This document shows positions 17,909 to 25,301 of a DNA stretch of 43,902 nucleotides, piece after piece (the first letter of the stretch is position 1; each line of letters opens with the position of its first letter). The DNA comes from a virus. Its lineage: Duplodnaviria > Caudoviricetes. The notes under the pieces are model-generated. The model saw only the letters and a program-made list of their open reading frames with translations, was not told the origin of the DNA and did not search any database. The stretch spans positions 1 through 43,902 of IMG/VR virus record IMGVR_UViG_3300025595_000007. One strand, given 5' to 3'. The position numbers were made by a program, and so were the translations under genes.

Positions 17909-17957
17909 TTGCAGCCTCGTTAATGTAAGTATATACTCAATCTCGGTGACTGTGCAA
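17909..17957. promoter_or_regulatory. Overlapping bidirectional sigma70-type promoters sharing palindromic AGTATATACT
   Basis: Plus strand: TTGCAG(17909-14)-N17-TATACT(17932-37). Minus strand: TTGCAC(17957-52)-N18-TATACT(17933-28). Confidence 0.6.
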
Positions 17958-18036
17958 TTCTTTGTGCATTTGCTTCTCCTTGAGTGGGTTTGACGACCCA
18001 TTTTTAAACCCTTGGTTCACGCCGAGGGTTTTTTTT
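17944..18036 (+). ncRNA. Candidate ~90-nt anti-Shine-Dalgarno sRNA
   Basis: Promoter upstream, terminator downstream; core CATTTGCTTCTCCTTG (17967-17982) is the reverse complement of CAAGGAGAAGCAAATG. Confidence 0.6.
18006..18036 (+). terminator. Intrinsic terminator
   Basis: AACCCTTGG-TTCACG-CCGAGGGTT followed by a T run; no plus-strand CDS upstream. Confidence 0.8.
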
Positions 18037-18044
18037 CGCTTGAG

Positions 18045-18064
18045 ATTGTCTAACTTTAGACAAT
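18045..18064. promoter_or_regulatory. Operator-like palindrome ATTGTCTAA-CT-TTAGACAAT (TGTC-N8-GACA family)
   Basis: 9-bp perfect arms; relatives at 25302-25319 and 34715-34732. Confidence 0.6.
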
Positions 18065-18194
18065 GGGTTATTTAGGTTTTTTATAATTTTTGGGGCTGGG
18101 GTGATTTGGAAGATAAGGGGGCGTTATTTGAAAAATGGATTTGCGGTTGAAAAACAGTGTTTGGGGCAACGTAGCATAGCCCGGTCAATAAGAC

Positions 18195-18215
18195 GGGGTG
18201 GGGGTAGGGTAGGGG
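18195..18215 (+). other. G-quadruplex-compatible tract
   Basis: GGGG-T-GGGGG-TA-GGG-TA-GGGG. Confidence 0.5.
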
Positions 18216-18308
18216 TCGCCTTATACCACAAAAAAAGGGTCAAAAACACCCCTTCGAGTAAAATTTGGTTGTCGATGCAGTAGGGAATGGCTCTGCTGCG
18301 GGACTAAC

Positions 18309-18324
18309 TGGGACACGTGTCCCA
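18309..18324. repeat. Palindrome TGGGACACGTGTCCCA, copy 1 of 6
   Basis: Perfect 16-bp palindrome before the first early RBS. Confidence 0.95.
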
Positions 18325-18341
18325 CCTCTAGGAGAAATCAA

Positions 18342-18725
18342 ATGAAACTCAATACAACTGCAATCGCCGCCGCTATCCGTGCCGCATCAGGCTCGCTTGG
18401 CAAGCTCGAAGGCGAGAAGGCGCGCTATCAGGCACTCGTGCTCGAACTGCAAGGCTTGTTCGGTGACTCGGACAGAGAGACAGTCAAGGCCTACGTTTGC
18501 GAGTACGTGGCCAAGCGCGGCGAGTACACCGAGGGCAAGTGGGCGGCGACAGCGGGCACATCTAAGAAGCGGGCAAACCGCATCATCGCCAGCATCATGG
18601 GCAAGGCCGAGAGCGCCAAGGTCAAGGTCAACAAGGCGCTCGTGAAGCAAATCGCCGCGCTGCTCGCTGAGATGGACACCAAGGCAGTCAACGCAACCCT
18701 GACGGCAGTCCGCGCTGCTCTGTGA
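18342..18725 (+). CDS. Early hypothetical protein (Ala/Lys-rich, helical)
   Basis: RBS TAGGAGAA; flanked by palindrome copies 1 and 2. Confidence 0.8.
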   Translation: MKLNTTAIAAAIRAASGSLGKLEGEKARYQALVLELQGLFGDSDRETVKAYVCEYVAKRGEYTEGKWAATAGTSKKRANRIIASIMGKAESAKVKVNKALVKQIAALLAEMDTKAVNATLTAVRAAL

Positions 18726-18743
18726 GTGGGACACGTGTCCCAC
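18726..18743. repeat. Palindrome GTGGGACACGTGTCCCAC, copy 2
   Basis: 18 bp perfect, directly after the TGA. Confidence 0.95.
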
Positions 18744-18874
18744 CTGATTCTGCGCCAGTACAGACAGCGGGTCTGGCTGGTGTTTCGTTTATTGTCTACA
18801 CACTTAGAACACAAAGCCCTCAAACCTTTTGGCCCACCTGTCACAAGTGTGTAGAATTCTTCGTTTGCCAAATA

Positions 18875-19166
18875 GTCAAGCGCGTAACCGCTCCTGCCAA
18901 GCGTTTGCCAAGCGTAACCCCGCGCCACATATAGACATTTTCCTATATCATCCATCTATCTATACATATACTTAAATTAAAAGGATAGGTAAGATGTAAA
19001 ATGTGTGTAGACTTTCTGCCTTTACCTTTTCTACACACTTATTACAGAGTGCCTACCCCCGCTGAAGCACTTTCCATAGGGATAGATGGATGATATACAA
19101 GAAACCCTTTATGAATCAACGAGTTACCCTTGGCAAAACGCTTGGCGTTGCAGTTACGAGCTTGAC
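18875..19166. repeat. ~290-bp degenerate palindrome, candidate replication origin
   Basis: Several inverted blocks share one axis at 19020/19021. Confidence 0.8.
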
Positions 19167-19189
19167 ACCTCTGCCAAAATATTGTCTAA

Positions 19190-19218
19190 CGGCTTGCCAA
19201 CTGCCGCATTAGTTGGCA
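19190..19218 (+). promoter_or_regulatory. Leader hairpin CGG-YTY-stem-CCGNNT loop, copy A
   Basis: GCCAACTG-CCGCAT-TAGTTGGC just before the RBS. Confidence 0.55.
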
Positions 19219-19234
19219 CTTTAGGAGAAAAACC

Positions 19235-19435
19235 ATGCTAAAACTCACCCACATCCGCGAAACCGAGCTTGCCAAGTTGCGCCAACTGCGCGACGAGATA
19301 GCAACCCAAGCCAACTTCGAGCGCAAAGAGCAACTGCGCCAAGCGCGGGAGCAAGACGCGATAGACGCCTTCAACTGGAAGTTCTACACACGTAGAACAA
19401 ACACCCAACAACGCCGTGGTACAGGCGCACGCTAA
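19235..19435 (+). CDS. Early hypothetical protein
   Basis: RBS TAGGAGAA. Confidence 0.75.
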   Translation: MLKLTHIRETELAKLRQLRDEIATQANFERKEQLRQAREQDAIDAFNWKFYTRRTNTQQRRGTGAR

Positions 19436-19444
19436 CAACCAACC

Positions 19445-19458
19445 GGGACACGTGTCCC
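19445..19458. repeat. Palindrome core GGGACACGTGTCCC, copy 3
   Basis: 14 bp perfect, intergenic. Confidence 0.95.
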
Positions 19459-19480
19459 ACTAACCCAAGGAGAAACCACC

Positions 19481-19819
19481 ATGCACACCATCAACCTCTA
19501 CAAACGCCTGACCCACAGGTATGTGGATGCCTACCGCCACCTCGACGAGGAGTCCTTCGTCGGCCAAGTGAAACAGCTTGGCCTCACCCGCAGCGTAGCA
19601 CCCGCAGGCTACGACGATGGCGGCACGTACCTGTTCAGGGTAGTCGCGCCATCGGATATGAAACACACCGACCTAACCCGCACCATCTCATCCACGCTGT
19701 CGCACAACGGGTGCGCTCATGAGTACGACTGCTGTGGGTGTGCATCCCAGTCAGCCCGTGTCAAGCGCTTGACCAAGCGTGAGTATGCGGTGCGCTTACG
19801 TGTCAGCTTTAACTACTAA
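19481..19819 (+). CDS. Early hypothetical protein with CxHxxDCCGC motif
   Basis: RBS AAGGAGAA; GCAHEYDCCGC. Confidence 0.8.
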   Translation: MHTINLYKRLTHRYVDAYRHLDEESFVGQVKQLGLTRSVAPAGYDDGGTYLFRVVAPSDMKHTDLTRTISSTLSHNGCAHEYDCCGCASQSARVKRLTKREYAVRLRVSFNY

Positions 19820-19831
19820 GGAGAAACCACA

Positions 19832-20038
19832 ATGACCACACTCACCGGAAACCAAATCGACATGGCACAACTGCTCACGCTGCGTGCCATGCTCAAGCTC
19901 GAACTCAAGGGTATCCCCCGCAGTCGTGCGCCCACAGCCTACTCGATGCTCAAGAAGATAGGGTTCAAAGGCACAAGGGGCGAAGTACTGAAGCAGCTAG
20001 ACGCTGCCCGCACTGGAATATTAGGAGAAACGATATGA
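19832..20038 (+). CDS. Early hypothetical protein
   Basis: RBS AAGGAGAA. Confidence 0.75.
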   Translation: MTTLTGNQIDMAQLLTLRAMLKLELKGIPRSRAPTAYSMLKKIGFKGTRGEVLKQLDAARTGILGETI

Positions 20039-20223
20039 ACACATGGTCAGACACGCTAGCCGAGTGGGACGGCGAGGACTGGAACTTCTTTCACGTACCG
20101 CTTGAGGCGTGCCCTGAGTGGCACGGCCAGACCTGCATGAGTCCAAGGGACTTGGGCTATGACGGCGAGTGCACACCTGAGCAGGCCATCGCCGCGCTCA
20201 AAGATTGGCTTACAAGCATTTGA
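20035..20223 (+). CDS. Early hypothetical acidic protein
   Basis: RBS TAGGAGAA; ATGA overlap. Confidence 0.7.
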   Translation: MNTWSDTLAEWDGEDWNFFHVPLEACPEWHGQTCMSPRDLGYDGECTPEQAIAALKDWLTSI

Positions 20224-20272
20224 GTGGGACACGTGTCCCACCAGCGGTTCGCGGCCTGCCGTCTCAGGCCGC
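20224..20272 (+). repeat. Palindrome copy 4 (20224-20241) plus leader hairpin copy B (20251-20272)
   Basis: GTGGGACACGTGTCCCAC then GCGGCCTG-CCGTCT-CAGGCCGC. Confidence 0.9.
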
Positions 20273-20295
20273 ACCTGAAACTAGGAGATGAGCAA

Positions 20296-20562
20296 ATGAA
20301 GAAACTTTATTTCGTGGAGGTCACCGATACGTTTGGTGGCGAGGCTAACTACAACTGGGTGCACCGGTTCAAAGTAAGCGCGACAACCGAGCGTGGTGCG
20401 ATGCGCAAAATCACAAACCGCCTGCGGTGTAGCGGCGGCGTGTACAAAGACATGGACACGGGTGATATGCAGCGCTGGAGTTGGCGCAAGGCCTGCGTGT
20501 GTGCATTCGTTGAGCACTACGACGACCAGTCAGCCCGCATGTTCAACGTCGAATCAATCTAA
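20296..20562 (+). CDS. Early hypothetical protein (start ATG 20296)
   Basis: RBS TAGGAGA; VEVTDTFGGEANYNWV. Confidence 0.8.
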   Translation: MKKLYFVEVTDTFGGEANYNWVHRFKVSATTERGAMRKITNRLRCSGGVYKDMDTGDMQRWSWRKACVCAFVEHYDDQSARMFNVESI

Positions 20563-20579
20563 CCCAAGGAGATGAGCAA

Positions 20580-20807
20580 ATGAAACAAACTAAACCCAAG
20601 ACCAACATCCAGTTGGTGCGTCACATCATGGAGTTCAGCGCAACAGGTGCGCTCAAGCAGGCGTTCGTTATCGAGGCGCTGTACCAGTACAGCCAACAGA
20701 TTCTGAAGGACAAGGAAGCGTGGCCTCAGAACTCGTTCGTCTCACAAGAGGCGTGGCAGACCTGCGCCGAGGAAACACTCGCCAGCATCACAGGGAGAAA
20801 CGCATGA
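20580..20807 (+). CDS. Early hypothetical protein
   Basis: RBS CAAGGAGA. Confidence 0.75.
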   Translation: MKQTKPKTNIQLVRHIMEFSATGALKQAFVIEALYQYSQQILKDKEAWPQNSFVSQEAWQTCAEETLASITGRNA

Positions 20808-20995
20808 AGACAAGAGAAGAAATGATTTACGCGCTGACCAAATACGAACTGGAGTATTTGCAAGAGTACCCCGAAGGTTTGGAACACAACGCAAGGTTCT
20901 TTGCGGGTGGTGGCTTTGCTAGTTACACAGACGAGCAACTAAAAGAGCAATGCCAAGACAACCTATGGCTTGAACTGGAAGGAGAAAGCAAATGA
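20804..20995 (+). CDS. Early hypothetical protein (start ATG 20804)
   Basis: RBS GGGAGAA; ATGA overlap. Confidence 0.7.
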   Translation: MKTREEMIYALTKYELEYLQEYPEGLEHNARFFAGGGFASYTDEQLKEQCQDNLWLELEGESK

Positions 20996-21204
20996 AAGCA
21001 ATGGACTTAGACCACGACATGCAGCTTGCCGCCGCACGACTGATGGAGAGCGAGGGCGGCAGCTTCGCAAGGCACATAGCAAACGCCTACTACGTAGCAG
21101 ACACAACCAACAGAGAGCGCCTACTCACAGCGTTTGACGATTTGTTCTGCAAGTTTTACCGCCAGTACCGCATTGACCAACTAACCCAAGGAGAAAGCAA
21201 ATGA
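20992..21204 (+). CDS. Early hypothetical protein
   Basis: RBS AAGGAGAA; GGSFARHIANAYYVAD..N..RL. Confidence 0.75.
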   Translation: MKAMDLDHDMQLAAARLMESEGGSFARHIANAYYVADTTNRERLLTAFDDLFCKFYRQYRIDQLTQGESK

Positions 21205-21407
21205 AAACAGTATCAATTGGATATCACCGAGAGGACGGCGACTTTGCCGTGCTTGCCACGCTTAACAACAACGATGAGCACATGCACGACGAGGACTTTG
21301 AGCAAATATGCAAGTCGTTATTCAGGGCGCTAGACGTATCAACAACCGGTCTGCACATCAAAGCTATCGAGCGCCAAGATGCGCCCGACTACGTGGAAGT
21401 GGAGTAA
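21201..21407 (+). CDS. Early hypothetical acidic protein
   Basis: RBS CAAGGAGAA; ATGA overlap. Confidence 0.7.
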   Translation: MKTVSIGYHREDGDFAVLATLNNNDEHMHDEDFEQICKSLFRALDVSTTGLHIKAIERQDAPDYVEVE

Positions 21408-21412
21408 GTTTA

Positions 21413-21462
21413 GTGGGACACGTGTCCCACCAAGCGGTTCGCAGCGTGCCGTCTCACGCTGC
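21413..21462 (+). repeat. Palindrome copy 5 (21413-21430) plus leader hairpin copy C (21441-21462)
   Basis: GTGGGACACGTGTCCCAC then GCAGCGTG-CCGTCT-CACGCTGC. Confidence 0.9.
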
Positions 21463-21484
21463 ACTAGAAACTAGGAGAAAGTAA

Positions 21485-22870
21485 ATGCGCAAAATGACGC
21501 AACAAGAGTGGAATCAATTCAAAGCACAGCGTGCTGAAAACATGCTGGATTCAATGCGGCACTTAGCTAAGGTGCTGCGCTTTAGTCGCCCGTGGCACAG
21601 TAGGGAACAGTGCAGTTCAGATTACTTAATGCACCCGGCCATCACGCAAGCTGTCTACGAGGCCAACCCGGCCAACTGGCACCAGTTAGTTCTTGAGTGG
21701 CCACATATGTCGGACAAGGGCAGGCATGAGATAGCCTACACACGGGACGACAAGTACGGCGAGGCAAACCGCCAGCTAACGACCAGCATCGGTAAGTATC
21801 TGACGCGCCACTTCCCCACCCTACCAAGCGACACCATACGGGACATTGCTGCCAAGTATGCGCAGGGCGTAGCTAAGTTTGTGCATACCACATCCGAGAT
21901 GGTGCATGCCATCGAGAACGGGCCAAGCTCATGTATGTCCAAAGATAGGGAGGTTTTCGACGACAACCGCCATCCGTACGAGGCGTATGCCCCCGAGTTT
22001 GGCTGGCACATGGCGCTGTATATGGAGAGCGGGCAGATTACTGGCAGGGCATTGTGCAACGAGACATTCTATGTGCGCTCGTATCGCAGCGGCTCGGGCG
22101 GGTACTCCAGTACCGACGACAGACTCGAAGCGTGGCTGCGTGAGCAGGGCTATGAGAAGGTTAACTCGTGGGCAGGCTACAAGCTCAAACAAATCAGGGT
22201 CAGCAACAGTTGCGGCTTTCTTGCGCCGTACCTTGACGGCAACTACAAGTATGTGACTAGCAACTTTGAGATTACCGACGATAGCAGCGATGCCGAGTGG
22301 GAGTTTGACCAGACCAATGGCAATGCTGACTCGATAAGCGGCGATACCTGCGCTGACTGCGATGACCGCATACGTGATGGCGATGGGCACTGGGCAGGTG
22401 TGCATGAGGACTGCCATGTCTGTGAGCATTGTATCGACAACCACTACACCTACGTGTATGGGCGCAATGGCAATCAGTACTACCTGCACGACAGCAACAC
22501 CATCATCCGTGTTAGTAACGCGAGCTACGATGCCGACTACCTATCGGACAATGACATCGTGGAGCTTGCCGATGGTGACTACGTGCATTCGGATGACGCC
22601 AGTTATGTGGACAGACTAAGCGAGTACCACCCCGCCGATGAATGTGTGTACTGTGAGCACAGCGGGGAGAATGAGTTGCAGCGTGACTGCGTAGAGCTTG
22701 CCAATGGCGAGTGGGCACACGAGGATGATGCGTGGTGCTGTGACCATAGCGGCGACTACTACCTGAACGACGACGAGGACATCCGCTACGAGACCGAGTG
22801 CGGCAAGACAGTACACATTGACTACGCCGACCACTACGCCCCTGAACAAAACGAACTACCTTTGGAGTAA
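21485..22870 (+). CDS. Hypothetical protein with acidic Cys/His-rich repeated C-terminal region
   Basis: RBS TAGGAGAA; CADC, CEHC, CEHSGE and CDHSGD motifs. Confidence 0.85.
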   Translation: MRKMTQQEWNQFKAQRAENMLDSMRHLAKVLRFSRPWHSREQCSSDYLMHPAITQAVYEANPANWHQLVLEWPHMSDKGRHEIAYTRDDKYGEANRQLTTSIGKYLTRHFPTLPSDTIRDIAAKYAQGVAKFVHTTSEMVHAIENGPSSCMSKDREVFDDNRHPYEAYAPEFGWHMALYMESGQITGRALCNETFYVRSYRSGSGGYSSTDDRLEAWLREQGYEKVNSWAGYKLKQIRVSNSCGFLAPYLDGNYKYVTSNFEITDDSSDAEWEFDQTNGNADSISGDTCADCDDRIRDGDGHWAGVHEDCHVCEHCIDNHYTYVYGRNGNQYYLHDSNTIIRVSNASYDADYLSDNDIVELADGDYVHSDDASYVDRLSEYHPADECVYCEHSGENELQRDCVELANGEWAHEDDAWCCDHSGDYYLNDDEDIRYETECGKTVHIDYADHYAPEQNELPLE

Positions 22871-22873
22871 ACC

Positions 22874-24010
22874 ATGACTAAACAAACACAAACCATCCTG
22901 CACAAAACCCTAGCGCGTGCGCTGTCATTGGCGCGGCCTCACGCCTCGGTGACTACGATGGAGTTCACCACGTGGATATTCAAACACCTGCCCAAGCATC
23001 TGCTCGGTGCTGCTTGGCTTGACGAAGCGGGTAACCTGCACGTAGACGCCCGCACCCAAGACCACCACCGCACGCTGTTCACAGCACACGTGGACACAGT
23101 ACACCGCACACCCGGCCCCAACAAAATCAGGAAGACCGCGACCAAGTGGTATGCCGATGGCGCAGCGCTCGGTGCCGATGATGGCGTGGGCTGTGCGCTG
23201 CTCATGCACATGATGCACGCTGGGGTTCCGGCTTACTACATCTTTACGCAGGGCGAGGAGTGCGGCGGCATCGGGGCTAAGTTCTTAGCTAAAAATCATG
23301 TTGACCTACTCTCCCAGTTCGACAGGGCTGTGGCATTTGACCGCAAGGGTACGGATAGCGTCATCTCACACCAAGGCTGGGGCAGGTGCTGCTCCGATGC
23401 GTTTGCGCAAGGGCTGGCCGATGCGCTCAACGCGACCAACGACAACCTGATGTACTCCCCTGACGACACGGGTGTGTATACCGATACCGCTGAGTTCACC
23501 GACATCATCCCTGAATGCACGAACATCTCGTGCGGGTACTACTTCGAGCACACCGACAAGGAGGAGCTTGACATGATTCACTTCGAGCAGCTTGCTGCTG
23601 CCGTTGTGCTGATTGACTGGGACACGTGTCCCACCGAGCGCGACCCCAAGGTCATCGAGTACAAGGATGACGGCTACGCTACCTACATGGGCAAGTGGAA
23701 CAGCATACCCACGGCGTGGGACTACAAGGACATCAAGGACTATGACAGCAGCTACCTTGCAGGGCTTAACTTCACGCACCAAGAGGAGGAGCTATACGAG
23801 GCGCTCTTGGATGCCGAGGTTGGATTCAAGCAACCGCTTGTCACGTTGATGGCTGAGTCGGTGTACCCCGAGGACTACAGGCTAGCCAAGAAGTTTATCA
23901 ACAAGGACAGGCTCACGCCCGAGGCGGTGCGTGCTGCAATAGATATGCTTGGCCAAGCCGACACGGATGCCATCCTTGCCACGTTATTTGATGCGGCGTA
24001 TGCCGAGTAA
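22874..24010 (+). CDS. Zn-dependent exopeptidase-like protein (M20/M28 clan)
   Basis: AHVDTVH, LGADDGVG, GEECGGIG, FDRKG, YTDTAEF, NISCGYYFEH. Confidence 0.85.
   Translation: MTKQTQTILHKTLARALSLARPHASVTTMEFTTWIFKHLPKHLLGAAWLDEAGNLHVDARTQDHHRTLFTAHVDTVHRTPGPNKIRKTATKWYADGAALGADDGVGCALLMHMMHAGVPAYYIFTQGEECGGIGAKFLAKNHVDLLSQFDRAVAFDRKGTDSVISHQGWGRCCSDAFAQGLADALNATNDNLMYSPDDTGVYTDTAEFTDIIPECTNISCGYYFEHTDKEELDMIHFEQLAAAVVLIDWDTCPTERDPKVIEYKDDGYATYMGKWNSIPTAWDYKDIKDYDSSYLAGLNFTHQEEELYEALLDAEVGFKQPLVTLMAESVYPEDYRLAKKFINKDRLTPEAVRAAIDMLGQADTDAILATLFDAAYAE
23618..23633. repeat. Palindrome copy 6, inside the peptidase CDS
   Basis: TGGGACACGTGTCCCA encodes WDTCP. Confidence 0.95.
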
Positions 24011-24024
24011 GAGAGGGAACATTC

Positions 24025-24732
24025 ATGCAAAGAGAACCAAGACCCAAAGAAACCCGTGAGGCTATCCGCGCAAGCCTCATTAAAACCATGTGGAATACGC
24101 TTGTGAGGCCTTTGGAAACTACCCTGCGATTGGCACGCGCAAGGGTTAGGCGCTATGAGAAAAAAGCAAAGCAGGAGAGCCTGACCACCTACGCCGCGCA
24201 GTTCACTACGCCGCCTGCTAAGCGCAGGCTGGAGGTGTACCAAGCGTACGTAGCCCTGCTAGAAAAACTGTTGGAGAAGCTGCGCAAGTACAGGGACAAG
24301 GCGGACAAGACGCCTACTGCCGTGGCGATAGAAAAGGATTTACCCAATAACGGGCAGAGTTGGGTGGACTGGATACCGATGGAGATACGGGTGGCGTTTA
24401 CTGACGCCATAGCCTCGGTGCATGAGCTACCTGACCTACCGATAGTGGCATTCCCACACAAGGTGAGACGCGCTGTCCCACCAGCACCACGCCCTAGCCA
24501 AAGGACTAAGAGGCCGCCAACAAAGATAGAGTTACTCAGGGATGAGTGCAAGAGACTAGATAGGGACTACCTGCTGGAGCCAACGCCTGAGAAGGAAGCG
24601 GTGATAGCAGATAAGCAAGCCGAACTAGCACAAGCCAAGCTCGACAAGAACCGAGCCAACGCCGCCAAGCAGTATGCCAAAGCAAAGGCAGAGCGCGAGG
24701 CACTTAAAGCAAGACTAGCAGAAGGAGATTGA
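24025..24732 (+). CDS. Hypothetical basic helical protein
   Basis: 235-aa ORF in operon. Confidence 0.75.
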   Translation: MQREPRPKETREAIRASLIKTMWNTLVRPLETTLRLARARVRRYEKKAKQESLTTYAAQFTTPPAKRRLEVYQAYVALLEKLLEKLRKYRDKADKTPTAVAIEKDLPNNGQSWVDWIPMEIRVAFTDAIASVHELPDLPIVAFPHKVRRAVPPAPRPSQRTKRPPTKIELLRDECKRLDRDYLLEPTPEKEAVIADKQAELAQAKLDKNRANAAKQYAKAKAEREALKARLAEGD

Positions 24733-24733
24733 T

Positions 24734-24865
24734 ATGAACGAAGACAGACCAAGCCCTAACTACAAATCCGCCCGTGAGTGCGCCATTGACGAGCAAGCCC
24801 GCGAGTACGATGAGTACGAAGAATACGATGACTATGACTTTGATGATGAAGGAGAAACTAAATGA
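24734..24865 (+). CDS. 43-aa acidic peptide (below track cutoff)
   Basis: RBS AAGGAGA; ...EYDEYEEYDDYDFDDEGETK; ATGA overlap with next gene. Confidence 0.65.
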   Translation: MNEDRPSPNYKSARECAIDEQAREYDEYEEYDDYDFDDEGETK

Positions 24866-25077
24866 AAACAACAAAAGAAATCCAAGCGTTTGTTGACGCT
24901 TACTCACGCATTTGTGGGTACGTATCGCAGTCAGAAGCAGAGGCCATTGCAAATATGCTATCCCAAGGCATAGACGAAGATGATATTTACGGAAGGTATT
25001 TCGATGCCACATCGGTCATCGACGCATACCTACTATGGGGCGCAGCCCGTGCATTTAACCAAGGAGAAAGCAAATGA
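24862..25077 (+). CDS. Hypothetical protein
   Basis: RBS AAGGAGAA. Confidence 0.75.
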   Translation: MKTTKEIQAFVDAYSRICGYVSQSEAEAIANMLSQGIDEDDIYGRYFDATSVIDAYLLWGAARAFNQGESK

Positions 25078-25301
25078 ACTACAACATAGACACCAAAGAG
25101 GGCATGGCGCACGCAGTGCAATGGACTGAGAGTCTGTTCGCTTTCATGCGTGAGGGCGGCGTGTGGGGCATCCCGCGCAGCGAAACCATTGTCAGGGTTT
25201 ACCCTAGCAAAAAGGAGGTAGTCATCACGGGTGGGGTGATGCCCGAGGAGAACCTGACCCGCGTCATAGAGGCGATGGGCTGGACGATAGTTAAAAAATA
25301 A
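25074..25301 (+). CDS. Hypothetical protein
   Basis: RBS CAAGGAGAA. Confidence 0.75.
   Translation: MNYNIDTKEGMAHAVQWTESLFAFMREGGVWGIPRSETIVRVYPSKKEVVITGGVMPEENLTRVIEAMGWTIVKK

Noticed and set aside
17937-17969. Minus-strand mini-ORF MHKELHSHRD with RBS AAGGAGAAG
   Set aside because: It lies upstream of the predicted late start site, and the flanking promoter and terminator fit a plus-strand RNA better. It remains the main alternative to the sRNA model.
18057-18087. Promoter TAGACA-N19-TATAAT
   Set aside because: The 19-bp spacer is suboptimal in a T-rich tract; too weak to list.
18722-18955. ORFs 18722..18934 (+) and 18491..18955 (-)
   Set aside because: No RBS; they run through the palindrome and inverted-repeat region, which looks non-coding.
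18309-23633. Palindrome repeats as a CRISPR array
   Set aside because: Spacing is hundreds to thousands of bp with whole genes between copies; there is no cas operon, and the Cas4-like nuclease sits in the replication module.
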